Source: the human T2T-CHM13v2.0 reference genome, Homo sapiens | DNA length: 64,000 nucleotides | Reading direction: 5' to 3' (one strand) | Assembly (NCBI RefSeq): GCF_009914755.1 | Contig: NC_060931.1 | Part shown: in pieces, positions 24,425-39,086 of the stretch | How the letters are laid out: the number at the start of each line of letters is the position of its first letter | Numbering within the stretch: position 1 is the first letter of the stretch | Made by a program: the position numbers and the translations under genes | The notes under the pieces: model-generated | What the model saw: only the letters and a program-made list of their open reading frames with translations | The model's database searches: none | What the model was told of the DNA's origin: nothing

Positions 24425-24825
24425 TATATTAGTTCATTTCACACTGCTATAAAGATACTACCCAAGACTGGGTAATTTGTAAAAGAAAGGAGGTTGAATT
24501 GACTCACACCTCCAGATGGCTGCAGAAGCCTCAGGAAACTAGAGTCATGGTGGAAGGTGAAGGAGAAGCAAGGCACCTCTTACATCATGGTGGCAGGAAA
24601 GAGACAGGGAGAGAGAGAAAGATAAAGAGAGAGGAGAGTGCACACGAAGGGAGAAGAACCCCACACTTATCAAACAACCAGATCTCCTGAGAACTCTATA
24701 CAAGAACAGCAAGGGAGAAGACCACTCCCATGATCCAATCATCTCCCACCAGGTCCCTCCCTTGACACATGGGAATTACAATTCAAGATGAGATTTGGGT
24801 GGGGAGACAGAGCCAAACTATATCA
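24425..24825 (-). mobile_element. MSTA/THE1D-like solo MaLR LTR inside an old L1M 3' fragment
   Basis: TATATTAGTTCATTTCACACTGCTATAAAGATAC...GAGATTTGGGTGGGGAGACAGAGCCAAACTATATCA, with TSD AATGC/AATTC. Confidence 0.92.
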
Positions 24826-27338
24826 AATTCATAATTAAAATAACTAATAAGTGTAAACAAATAAAATACATTTTTTCTCTGCATTAATTATTTTTGCTAG
24901 TCTTTGAAAATCTGATTCTCAGCTGCCTAACCTGTATGCCCATGGCTTCAATGACTGCCAAAATACACAAAGTTCACAGGAAGGAAAATAAATGGTTGCT
25001 TCTGTAGCTACCACCTAGTAGCAAATAGGTGATTACCCCCCACCCACCCACCCACACACAATTAAAGGGGATTTTTATGGAAATCGAGTATGTTTTATAT
25101 GAATGAAGTACATTTTTTGTAAATATGAGTGACAACAATACTTTTTTGTAGCTAAAAGATATGATGGCCTAGCAGATTTAGGACACTCTGTATAGCTGGG
25201 TGAAGCATATTGATACATTGGTAAGATGGCAAGGAATAAGGCAATTTCAGTATAAAGTTATATCAGAGTAACAAAAATATGCTAGCGGTGACCATATGAA
25301 GAATTTACCATGACTATTATAAAAGCAAATACAATTCCAAACTTTTGCAAATCTACCCTTGTGGAAAAGCTTTCTTAGTAACAGATGGGATTTTGGGAAA
25401 TCAAAGGGGAAACGTATGAATAACATTGAACTTTATTTAACCTAACCAAATCTCACATAATTGATATAAGGAAGTTTAAAAATCACCCCAGAATAAATAA
25501 ATGCATGTCATAAATAAATGTACCATATATATGATCTTGAAATACATTTATGAGATACATTTACATATAAATATATCCCATTTTAGCCTAATTTTTTCAA
25601 TTTTCCTTATTATGTTTCCATTATTTTATCAGAATAAGATTATTCTTTATGTAGGCAAACTTTCCATGAAATTCATTGCTAAGTAATTGTTGTGGTGGGG
25701 AATGTTGAACTCCCAAAGAATTTTTATGATAAAGGGGTATTGTACTTCAAAGTCACTTTTTAAGTGACTTTGGTAAGTGGCGTGTAATTAGATCTACTCT
25801 TGCAAGTGTCCTAAACTATTCTAAAATTTTTGGCTTTATCTTTTACAAATATATGACTTTCTGACAACCAGATACTGGTAATTAAATATAGATCCAGTAT
25901 AAACATGAGAAGTCATAACTCAGAATCATTTTTAAATTAGCATAGTGTACCGTGTATGTATTTCAGAAAACCTGGAGCATGTTAAGCTTTCCCAAAATGA
26001 AGAAAACAAAACCACCTTCACTGGACTTGAGATATCTTATTATTAGTGTTATTAGTGTGATGGCTGTTCAACCTAGTGATTAACAAAAGCAATAGAGATA
26101 AGCTTCTAATTTATGAAAGCTGAACATTTTTTTAAAAACGTATCCTATTTTACCTCAGAAAAACATCCTGACCTATCATTTAATCCTAAGGATCAGACTA
26201 TAGGAAAACAGTCATCTCCATTTTTAAAAAGTTTAAATGGGCAATTATTTTTCTTATAAATATATTATACAGCATGTTTTTCAGGCTAAATGTATTGACA
26301 CTCATGGACATAATTCATGATATTTTTCTACTTAAAGGATTATTTGCATGCAGCTTAATTTATTGAAAAGAATGGACCAAGAAGTCACAGAGGGCTACTA
26401 TTCTTTTTAACTTGATATTCTTAGCTTATGGCAGAGTTTAACATTCATAAGTATTTTCTTCCAGTGTTAAGTGAATGCTAATGATTTATAAAAGAAAATA
26501 AAATATGTCCATATTAGATCACAAGAAAAAATAGTGCTTGGAGTTTTATAATTTGGGGATGCATTTTCTTTTTTCAAACATACAAAAGTCCCTTCTCAAC
26601 CTACATGTAATCATTATAGGATGATACTCACCATTAACGATAACCTTTGACTTTTGTCATACTCTCAAGTGGTGGGCTGAAAAAACAAGTAGACTTAGGT
26701 TGTGACATGATCACATATTCTTTTCAGCTAGATATAGGCAGTATAAGTGTGAAGTTACATTCCATTCATCATGATGACATGATGTGAAGGATGCAGTATA
26801 GGACCCACACTTCTGAACTCAGTCATTCTCCCCGACGTGGATGCTTCTTGATTTGCGCTCTGAATTACAGAACAACTCTTTCAATTTAGCTGACAAGCTA
26901 ATTTTAGCAATCCTAAATATACAGTAAGTCCATCAGATGTTTCAAAATGCAATTCAAAATTTCATATTTATTAAAACCCATTATAGTCTTTCGATTTTGT
27001 TCTTTGTGCTCAAGTCTCCTGATAAGGATTGCCCCTTTGGGGTAGCCCATAAAATCAAAGCATAACCTTATGACAGAAGGAGGAACTGACAAAGACATGT
27101 AATCTGTATTTGTCATATGTGAATTTTAAAGAAATTGGAATCCAAATGTCTTCATTAGATATAAAGTATCTAAGTTTGGAGGACTAGTCCAAGAAATGTT
27201 GGCTTCCCATTTGGAAGAAGACAATGTTAGCATATGTTTACCAATCTAAAAACCATGTATTCTATTTATGAATGCAAAAAAGAAAGATTTAATACACAGA
27301 ACACATTTTCTCATCCATAGTTCTGTGTGTCCCTCAAA

Positions 27339-27342
<4 letters not shown>

Positions 27343-27373
<31 letters not shown>
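27343..27373. repeat. (AC)15 microsatellite
   Basis: Read directly from the sequence. Confidence 0.95.
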
Positions 27374-27377
<4 letters not shown>

Positions 27378-27810
27378 TTCCTAGGATGTTGGCTTCTCCA
27401 AATTTTTTTATGCCACAAACACATTTAAGTTTGTGTGGATCTCAAATAAAACATTTTTATCACTGATGTGAGACAAAATGTTATTATTCTGTTTTACTTT
27501 CAGAATAGGTGAAGTAAGTTTTTTAATTTTATGCAGCTCTCAATACAGGGGAAAGACAAATGGAATATATTCTTAATGTTTTTACACTCAGATTTTAGAA
27601 TAATACTTCAAGGAAATTTTGTAAAGAAATTGAACAGAAGCATCACAAGGACTGCGTAAGCTAATGATCCCTAGCCTATATGAGCAGACAGAAAGGTTTT
27701 AAAGTGTGCGTTGAGTTAACCAAATGGTATCCACTGTAGCCCAAAGGTTTGCTGCACAGTTTCATATAACAGTTAGCGTAAGTATTTAGTTTTGACTTGT
27801 AAACCAGTGA

Positions 27811-27998
27811 GAAATTAGCTGGGCATGGTGGTGCACACATGTAGTCCCAGCTACTAGGGAGGCTGAGGCAGGAGAATTGCTTGAACCTGAAGCGCAGAGG
27901 TTGCAGTGAGCCAAGATTATGCCACTTCACTCCAGCCTGGGTGACAGAGAAAGACTCGGTCTCAAAAATAAATAAATAAATAAATAAATAAATAAATA
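27811..27998 (+). mobile_element. Alu right arm only (5'-truncated AluS) with (AAAT)n tail
   Basis: Starts AAATTAGCTGGGCATGGTGG and ends GTCTC followed by the tail. Confidence 0.93.
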
Positions 27999-28471
27999 TA
28001 CCTCTGTGATGGAGAATATTCAACAGATAGTCCAATATGAAATTACAAATGGGCTTTTATATTATTATTGATCAGAGATTTGTTTGTTACTTTAAAAATA
28101 GTTTTAACACTGTAATTTTCATTATTTCTCCAAGGTATGAATAATTATTTACTTTTGATATCCACGTGAGTTATAAAGGCAATAGGCATATCAAACATTC
28201 TTTTTCATAAAATTAAGAATTCCTCTCCAATCTACGAAATGGGTATTTGGTAAGTCCCTTCCCCAGGGAATATGTTTTATGGTTCAACCCCTGGTGGAGA
28301 ATGACTATAGATGATAAATTTTTTATTAGTGTTCAAAAGAACATAAACATCTATGAACTGAATTGAAAATAAAGCAAAGAACCGTTTATTTCCTTGAAAA
28401 ATTTAAAATTATATTGGGAGAAAAATCCACACTTGTTAAGTACTTAGTCTTGTTGATTCTGGATTAGTATC

Positions 28472-28915
28472 TGTGGTGGCCCCTAATAGATATGTCTGCA
28501 TTCTAACCCTGAAAGCAGTGAATACAATCTTATTTGAAATACAGTCTTTGCCAGTGTAACTAAGCTAATGATCTCAAGACGAGAACATCCTGTATTATTA
28601 AGGTGGGTGGGTCTGGAGTCCAGTGACAAGTGTCCTTATAAGAGACACACACAGGATAGCATGTGGGGAAATACAGGAGAGGCCAAATCTGAGTCAGAGA
28701 TTAAAGTTATGCAGTCACAAGCTAAGGAATGCCTAGAGCCTCCAGAAGCCAGAGAGGCAAGGAAAGATTGACCCTAGAGCCTTTAGAGGGAATTCGGCCA
28801 GGCTGGCACCTTAATTTTGAACTTCTTGCCTCTAAAATTTTAAGAAAATAAATTCTGTTATGCAAGCCTCCCACTCAGTGGTAATTTATCATGGCAGCCC
28901 TAGAAAACTAATACA
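28472..28915 (+). mobile_element. MLT1 (MLT1C/D-like) solo LTR
   Basis: ...CAAGCTAAGGAATGCCTAGAGCCTCCAGAAGCCAGAGAGGCAAGGAA...GCAGCCCTAGAAAACTAATACA. Confidence 0.88.
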
Positions 28916-29770
28916 GTAATTAATTGCATAAATTAAAGTACATTCACCAGTACAGTGTAATTACAGGCCATTACATAGGCACAAACAGGAGCCTTTCCTG
29001 TTTTGGTCATCACCAAATGCAGAAAGCTGGGCACATACTAGATGATTAATAAACATGTTGCTGAATGGCATCTATTTTCTGTTAATATCATAATTCATGT
29101 AAAGTGAAAAAATGTAAAGGACAGAAAGTAAAGCAAATATTTTACATCTTGTAGCTTTTAAAAATTTTTTTCTTAAATATGATGAGGAAGCACGTTTTCA
29201 GGGTTTCTAATGTAAGTTTCTTGGAATCAACAAACCTGAAAGAGAACTTTACACCTGTCCATTGTGAAAATACACTGTGCAATATATGTCATTTTCATGA
29301 AAGGAAAAAGTTTCATTTGAAAAGATTGACAGTCTACTATAACTTGCTTTTGCCACAAATCCATGAGTGAAATAGTGCAAGAGCTTTTAGCTGTTTTCCC
29401 ATAAGGTGAGATAGATACCAAAAAATATAAAATATTGTGTATATGTTATGAAGCCCAGAAAAAGAGCAAATGTGAGCTGTATTCCCTCATTTCCTTAAGA
29501 ATTAGAACATTAGAAATAAGGTGATTTTACTTATGTGCTTCTTGGTCGGTTTCCTGCCCCTTCCTCTTCCACCCACCCACCTGTATTAGTTTTTTATTGC
29601 TGCCAGAGGTAAAAACAAAAAACAAAAAACAAAAACAAAAACATAAACTCTGTTTAAAATAACATTTGATTATTTATCTCAGAGTTTGTGAGTGCTCTAC
29701 CTTATGACAAAATGAAAGGATCATGGAGGCTGCGCTTATCTAACGTGCCACTGTATTAATCAAAAGATTC

Positions 29771-30322
29771 TGTTAAAAATAAAGCTTTGGTGCCGCAAAA
29801 GAAATAGCGCTAGAATATAAAATTTTCTTTTTAATTCTCAGCAAGGCAATGTACTTCTATAGAAGGGTGCGGCCTTAGAGATGGAGCAATGGTGAGCGCA
29901 CACTTGGACCAGGGAGGGGAAGGAGTTCTTAACCCTGATGCACGTGGCCCCTGCTGTTGTGTCGTTCCCCTATTGGCTAGAGTTAGACAGCACAGGCTAA
30001 ACTAATTCCAATTGGCTAATTTAAAGAGTGTGACAGGGTGAATGGTTTGGTGGGAAAAATGGTTATGACAGAGCAGGTAATCGGGATGAGTCAGGGTGGA
30101 ATAAGTCAGGGTGGAGAATGAGTCAGGATGGAGAATGAGTCAGGGCAGAGCAGGCAATTGGAATGAGTTAGGGTGGAGCAGGTAATCCGAATGAATCAGG
30201 GTGGAGCAGGTAATCGAAAAAGGTTGCTTTATGAGGAAGTTAAGTTTAAAAGTAGAAGGCAAACAATTGAACATACTGACATATTGATTCTTTGAAGAGA
30301 AATATAGAACTCATATCTAACA
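29771..30322 (-). mobile_element. LTR10A-like solo ERV1 LTR with internal AP-1 tandem repeat
   Basis: Reverse complement starts TGTTAGATATGAGTTCTATATTTCTCTTCAAAGAATCAATATGTCAGTATGTTCAATTG (LTR10 start) and ends ...TTTTAACA. Perfect 4-bp TSD ATTC (29767-29770, 30323-30326). Confidence 0.9.
30070..30217. promoter_or_regulatory. AP-1 motif array in the LTR10 VNTR
   Basis: TGAGTCA at 30087, 30119 and 30136; one-mismatch copies at 30102 (TAAGTCA), 30164 (TGAGTTA) and 30192 (TGAATCA). Confidence 0.8.
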
Positions 30323-31123
30323 ATTCCATTTCCCTACATAATTTGCACCAAAAGCTAGTTCCTGAGGCTATTTCTCCAGGTTTCTGACCAGCATGCCCAG
30401 TGTATTCTGAAACAGCTGAGAAGCAGACACAAGGATCAGATGGGACTCCAGATTTTCATTCTGTCCAGTACAGCTAGATTAGAAAGCAAAGCTTGACTGC
30501 CAGAACAAACTGCATCATACTCTTCCTTCTTCTGAAATTAAATTTACCTTCCCAAGCAGAGGAACAAATAATGAACATGGTAAACTTACCATGGTAAGTT
30601 GACCATGGAGAAGAGAAAGCAGAGTGGAAAGCACATACTATGTGAAAAGCAATTTATTGCTTCCTGCAGGAGCACAGCGTTTTATTAACTCTGCTAAACA
30701 GTGGGCAGGATCTTGCAAGGAATGGTCTAATCTGATTACAGACATTCGCTAGCTTTTCAGATGATAAATTTTCAAGTCTTTGATGAAACCGCAGGTAATA
30801 AAGTTACTTTCACTGGCAGAATAACAATGAGTATTATTTTTGTCAGAATAATTTAATTGGAATAACTTAATTAGCAGATATTTTTGGCCTGTGAATAATG
30901 GCAGTCTAAAACGTTATATATGCTGCTAAAACTTGAATAATGTAAGACTAATCTTCATAATAAAGGTGATAAGACAGAGGCACCAGGAAGAACATCTTGA
31001 TGCCAAAATATGTTAGCTAGCTGGACTTGTAAGAGGTACAGCCTTAGCTATTTTCCGATATGCAAAAATCTGCAGATGCCTATAAAAACTGTAGAACTCC
31101 TTTGAAGTCTGTTACTGATTTTA

Positions 31124-31502
<379 letters not shown>

Positions 31503-31564
31503 TAACATATATTTTATATAATTTATAAAAAATATATTATAAAAGTATAATGTATTTAATCTTC

Positions 31565-32795
<1,231 letters not shown>

Positions 32796-33129
32796 GAAAA
32801 ATTTATCAAACAGAATTTTGAAAAAGTGGTGTAGTGAACCTATTTACCACCATCTTATATTAATCTTTTTTCTTCTGGCATACTCAGCATCAAGGATAGA
32901 AGCATTACTAAAATTAACTTAATTGAACTAAAGACAAAGGAGAACAGTGAATGTAACTTGAAGAATATTAAGGAATGCCTGAGTTTCTGAACCCAAGATT
33001 ATCCTTATCTTTAAAAGCCAACTACAGGAGTATGATTCTCTTTTACTATTACACACTTCTGTGACAGGGTTGTTAGCACTTGTAGCTACCCAAAAATAAT
33101 CCCAAACATGATTTCACATAGTGCTGGGA

Positions 33130-33282
33130 GTTTGACTGTTTGCTGTCAGATCTTTTCTCCATCTTCCCTTGTTTGACTCTATCAAAGGGGACTGATACTC
33201 ACAATTGTTATTTCCCAGTCTGCTTTGCAACATGGCTGCCCATTGGGTTCAGCAATGAGAAGCACTGCCAGGAGATTGAAGG
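33130..33282 (+). mobile_element. LTR33-like ERVL LTR fragment
   Basis: TTGGGTTCAGCAATGAGAAGCACTGCCAGGAGATTGAAGG resembles the LTR33 core. Confidence 0.5.
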
Positions 33283-35469
33283 TTCTTTTTAAGTGAATGA
33301 ATACTATACTTGAATATCTATTTTGACTTCATAGAGTGAATTAGCTTGCTTCCAAGATACTAATGGAAAATAAATAGTATCTTTATCCTTGTTAATTATT
33401 TTAATTTGCTAATGATATGCATTGAATTCTAGTTTAGAATTTATTAGAAGCCTGGGAAAATAGTAAATATCTGGAATAGTATTCTCCTAGAAATGTTAGT
33501 ATATTGGAGTAAAATATATTAAAATTCTTAGAGGCTAGTCAATAATATATATCCCTATTTATTTCAATCACAAAATAATGTTATAAAAGAGTATAGCTTT
33601 CAAATCAGAACAGAGCAAGCAAAAGCAAGTGGTCAAGAAATATTAGCTACTTTTATTCAACTCTTGGAATCTAACATTGTTTATCACTCCCTATATCTCA
33701 AAATCTCTGTCACTGACTTTAGTGGGACAATGCTCTTTTACAGTTACCTTTTCTCTGAACTTTCTTTAGAAACCATTTCGCATTTTACATTTTTAAAGTA
33801 GTTCATCTTTTATTCTATTTCAGTCTTGCTCTATAACTTATCTTCATGGTGACCCCAGGTTTAATTATCCCAATATGGTTCATACTAGTAACTGCAGAAT
33901 TTATAATTCCATGCCTGTGCCCTCTTTTGAGCAATGTTAATTGAGTATTAACTCTGGAAATCTGTTAACTCTGATCAGTGAAAGTGGGCATTTAGATGTC
34001 TCTGTTACCACTAGGAGTTGCGTTAGATGTTAGGAGATTGTAGAAACTTTAGCAAGATCATTTAGGCCCTCAGAGTGTGGCTGGAGATTAAACGCCACAT
34101 TGAAATGTAGAAAAATAAATAAATAATGGCCACCAATAAAGAAATACTTTCAAAAGTCCTTGTAATGAAAGAAGACATTCAAATAGTCATTAATTTGACA
34201 AATTACTTACTGTTTTGTTGCCTTTATTGCTTGGTAGATTATTAGTACTTTGTTCAAATAGTCACTGTAGCAATTATATTGTGTTACATGTATATTTATA
34301 TATTCATGCTGATTAGATTATGATCATTTCAAAATGGGGATCACTCTTATTCATGTTTACATATACAGTACTCAGTATTACTGCTAGCTTTATAGACACT
34401 CAGTTTCAGGAATGAAGTTTTTTATCAGCTAATAAATTTTACAAGTGAACTTAAAGAAGAAAAATCTTAGCTAGAGTCATTAAGAAAAACATTACCAGTT
34501 TTCATAGAAGTCTGTATCAAACCGGTTTGGAGGATTGGCCTAGAGTAGCTCATTGATCAAGATTGATGGCCCACAGACCACTCTATGATCCAGAAAGATA
34601 GGACCATCATAAGTTTGATTTTGACTAGTTTCTGTATCAAAGGTAGCCCAATTTGGTGGAGGCAAATTCAGCAACTAGAATCATCATGGAATTACATTAC
34701 ATTGGCTGAGGAACAAGGGTATTGATCAGGCTATCTGTTCCTTTAAAAATAGTACCCCAGTCAGCCTATGAAAGTACAGAGTACAGAGCACAGCGTTCAT
34801 CCCTACAAGCCAAGGAGTTAGATTGTCAATTCAGATGTAGTTTCTGAGTGTAGTTTTAAATCAACAAGGAAATTGCAGTGCCCATTAGGAACTAGTATAA
34901 GTTATTAAAGAATTACTAGGAAGATAGGAAAAAACACTGGCTTACTGGGATTTATGTTGTTCGGAATTCAACCCCAGAAACCTCTGTACACAAAAGTTTC
35001 AGCATCAAGTATATGTAAACATCTTGATATGAAGCTTTGCTTTCAGATTAAAAGTAGATGTGAATAAACTTGAAATAAACTATAAAGGATGAGAAGTAAA
35101 TGATAAAACTTTAGAAGAACAAACAACATCAATAGTTTCCAGCAATGTAATTGTTAGCTCCCTTAAGAAATGTCGATATAAAATTATACTCAGTATTCAT
35201 TGTTTTATAAACATTATTACTGACAGAAAATATTGCTTTTTCCATAATTTCTTCCAACAAGGCAGGATTCAAAATGTGATATATTTGATGTTTTTATTTT
35301 CCTAAATATACACCTTTTGTGACATCATAATTTCTTACTTTCTTCTCAGTGTGTGGACTTAAGGAACTTTACTAGATTTTCCTATCCCAACCATAACAAA
35401 ATTGTAAACACAATGATAAAGTCATTTTATTACTAGCATCTCCTGGGGGGCTTCCTAACTTCATCTGTG

Positions 35470-36424
35470 TGGAACAGCCTCATCACTGGTATATACTTCT
35501 CTTCCTAGAAATCCAACAACACTACATTTGCAGCCTCTCTTGAAATTACGCTGGAATCATATGACTGGCTTCTGACTGTTGAAATGTGGCAGAAACTAAT
35601 GCTGGCCTTTTCTTTTTTTTTTTTATTATACTTTAAGTTTTAGGGTACATGTGCACAATGTGCAGGTTTGTTACATATGTATACATGTGCCATGTTGGTG
35701 TGCTGCATCCATTAACTCGTCATTTACATTAGGTATATCTCCTAATGCTATCCCTCCCCCCTCCCCCTACCCCGCAACAGACCCTGGTGTGTGATGTTCC
35801 CCTTCCTGTGTCCAAGTGTTCTCATTGTTCAATTCCCACCTATGAGTGAGAACATGCGGTGTTTGGTTTTTTATCCTTGAGATAGTTTGCTGAGAATGAT
35901 GGTTTCCAGCTTCATCCATGTCCCTACAAAGGACATGAACTCATCATTTTTTATGGCTGCATAGTATTCCATGGTGTATATGTGCCACATTTTCTTAATC
36001 CAGTCTATCACTGATGGACATTTGGTTTGGTTCCAAGTCTTTGCTATTGTGAATAGTGCCACAATAAACGTACGTGTGCATGTGTCTTTATAGCAGCATG
36101 ATTTATAATCCTTTGGGTATATACCCAGTAATGGGATGGCTGGGTCAAATGGTATTTCTAGTTCTAGATCCCTGAGGAATCGCCACACTGACTTCCACAA
36201 TGTGTGTTTGTCCTCACTGTGTTCCTTTTCAACTGTGATCTTGGAGATCTTATGTTCAAGATGGCAGCATAGCAGGATGGAAGAGCCTCCACTCCTGGGT
36301 CCCTACTTGCCCAACTCATGTCAGCATATTGATGTGAACAAGAAATAAATTTTCATTGTGTTATGTCATTGAATTTGGGTGATTATACATTATAAATACT
36401 TGCATTAGTTCATTTGACTTATAC
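35470..36424 (+). mobile_element. Old ERVL-class LTR (LTR16/MLT1-like) split by L1PA4
   Basis: CTACATTTGCAGCCTCTCTTGAAATTA...CATATGACT...GAAATGTGGCAGAA before the L1, and GATGTGAACAAGAAATAAATTTTCATTGTGTTA after it. Confidence 0.6.
35608..36202 (-). mobile_element. L1PA4-like 5'-truncated LINE-1 (~0.6 kb)
   Basis: Poly-T then TTATACTTTAAGTTTTAGGGTACATGTGCACAATGTGCAGGTTTG; near-consensus ORF2 end (track ORF 35871-36200). Confidence 0.95.
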
Positions 36425-38626
36425 TTCCAGCCTGAGTTAAATGTTTTCCACTTTGCTATAGTAACAACACGTTTATATACCTACTATGATTTTTATTTCA
36501 GCACCTTATTAGTCTTTTTGTTGTTTACCTCCTCTTTCTCTTTGTCTTTCATAAGTTCCTTAAGGACAAGGACTTTGCAAGACAATGCATATATGGGAAA
36601 ATGTAGATGCACAAAACATGATTAGTGAATGCATATTTACACTAGATTTTAAAATAGTTATATTAAAAGAATTAATGCTGAGTTTTTGAGATTCTATTAG
36701 TCAAATAATAGTTTACATGCTATAGTCCTAAGCCAGGTAGAGAAAGTAGCATGAAATTGAAAAGCAAATTTAAAAAAATTATTATATTCCCTTAACAGTA
36801 CTATGGAAGTCATATCCTGAGTTGATAGAAATAAGTTAGGCATTACAAAAGTCATCAACTTTGCGCCACATAATTCATTGAATTTCTTCTAGGTATGGAT
36901 TTTTATAAGGCAAAAATAAAACTTCTACTGTATTTGCTAATACTCTTTTAAAGATTTTAGAGGAAAAAAACTTTTTTTGTATCATATTACAAAAAATGAA
37001 CTTTGTTTCACTTTGGAAATGAGTACACTCAATAGTACCCTCTCTCCCCAATAACTCTTAGTCATAATAGCAAAAATTGTAACCATATATATGTGTATAG
37101 TACATGCATCTGTACATGCAAGTACTTATGTATGTGAGTAATCATTTAAACGCTATGCTCAAAAACAAGAAAAGAAAGTCTTAAATGCCAGAAATTATTA
37201 GGATTACTAAGAAACTAAAGAGAGATGATAAAATTAAACAATGACTTGATAACCTAGAATGTAAGTAAGACCCTGACAGAGAATGGTACACAGTGGCAGC
37301 ACATTAAGTTTCTCCAGACCTAAAGAAAGTAGAGGCCAGAAACATTAAGAAGGTTGGAGCAACTCAGAGTGAGTTTGGCCATCAAACTGTGGAAGATACC
37401 TTTGACTGCAGAATTCTGTACTCAGCTAAACCCATTGATATACGGGATGAAGACATTTTTCTAATATACAGGAACTCAGTTTACAACCAAAACACTCCCA
37501 AAATACTACTACAGAAATTAGTCCATTAATAATGAAAGTGAATTCTATGAGGAGGTAATGAGTTGAAAAAATGTAATGGTGTACCACAGCCAAAAAAGTA
37601 GAAAAATATGTCACCAACTAACTTAGTAACACTTGGAAAAATACAGAACAATTGTATCTTTTCCTGAGCTACAAACACTAGCTATACTAGCTAAAAGCAC
37701 TAACAAAATAGTGAACATATGTACACACACATACTAGTGAACAAATGATATATACACTAATAGTGAAAATTATATATATAATATATACTGTTTGTTATAC
37801 AATATATACTATACATATATACTATTAGTGAGCATATATCTATATGTATATATGTATATATATATATTTCCATCATAGCTGAAGTGTAAAAAAAAGAAAA
37901 TGAAACTTGAAGCTTCCAGAAAGAAACTTAAAACTTCATTCATTCCAGAATGAAGAGGGAATGTAAAGACAAAATGGAAAATTCACTATTTCATGCTTTG
38001 AGAGGAGGAATCAGCCCAAATATAGACCCTACATCTAGGAGACTAGAGTTTTAATGGCCAATGGCAAGAGAAAACATGGCATTGGGTCTTAATTCGGTAT
38101 AAGAGTTGGAAATGAGACTTCTAAATAAAGCTAGGACTTGCAAGTTTTGTCCATTCAAGACAAATAAAGAAGAGAGTCTAAAAAAAAAAAAAATAGCTGT
38201 GTCCCAGTGGAATGATAGGGAGCTCTTCCCTATACCAGGGCTTTGATAGCAAAAAAAAAAGCTCACCACCAAAGAAGGTCTTACATGAGAAGTAAGTCCT
38301 GCAAGCTTCTATACAACTCCATGCACATGGCACTGTTTAGGTAAGTGAGGAGGGTGGCAGGGGGCTGGGAGATGAGGCTTAGGCAGCCTCACAAATAAAA
38401 CTTAGGAAACCACAATAAGAAAAACATTTGTCATAATGAAAAAACCAGTAAACAAGGGTCTGTCTAAATGGCCTTATTAGACCCTTCAAGGCAATCTGTC
38501 AGAACAGAAATGCATGATAATTTCCTTTCTGCCACAAGCATAAGAAAAAAGGCTCTTCTCTTCGCTGGTATTGAAAGATATTCATCTTAAAATCCCTAAA
38601 TAATGCTGATTTTTAAAGAAGGATAT

Positions 38627-39086
38627 TGTATTAGTTTTTCAAGCTGGTTGTAACAAATTATCATAAACTGGGGGGCTTCAAACAGCAGAAATTTACTCTC
38701 TCACAGTTCTAGAGTCTAGTCCAAAATTAAGATGTTGGTAGAGTCATTCTCCTACAGAAGAATCCTTCCTTGCCTCTTTTGGCTTCTGTTGGTTTCCAGC
38801 AATCATTAGCATTCCTTGATTTATAGCAGCGTAACTCCAGTCTCTGCCTTCATCTTTGCAGGGCCTTATTCTCTAAGTCTCCTCTGTGTCTCTGTATGTC
38901 TCCAAAGCTCCCTCAGCTTCTAACGAGTTCCAGCATTGGATTGAAGGGCTGCCCTAATCCGGTATGACCTCATAGTAACTCGATTATATCTGCAAAGACC
39001 GTATTTCCAAACAAGGTCACATTCACAAATACCTGGAGTTGGGACCTCAACATATCTGTTTGGGGGACACAATTCCACCTACAGCA
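38627..39086 (-). mobile_element. MLT1C-like solo LTR
   Basis: TGTATTAGTTT...ACAGCAGAAATTTACTCTCTCACAGTTCT...GGGGGACACAATTCCACCTACAGCA, with TSD GATAT/GACAT. Confidence 0.9.

Noticed and set aside
25152-25220. Exon-like segment (TTTTTTGTAG|...TTG|GTAAGA)
   Set aside because: Stops in all three frames and no supporting feature; such pseudo-exons are common.
30070-30217. Repeat array superficially like CRISPR repeat-spacer
   Set aside because: Tandem units without unique spacers inside a primate LTR; no cas genes.
37700-37865. Repeated TAGTGAACA-like words and a 10-bp inverted pair in an AT/TA tract
   Set aside because: Low-complexity slippage region where symmetry is expected from composition.
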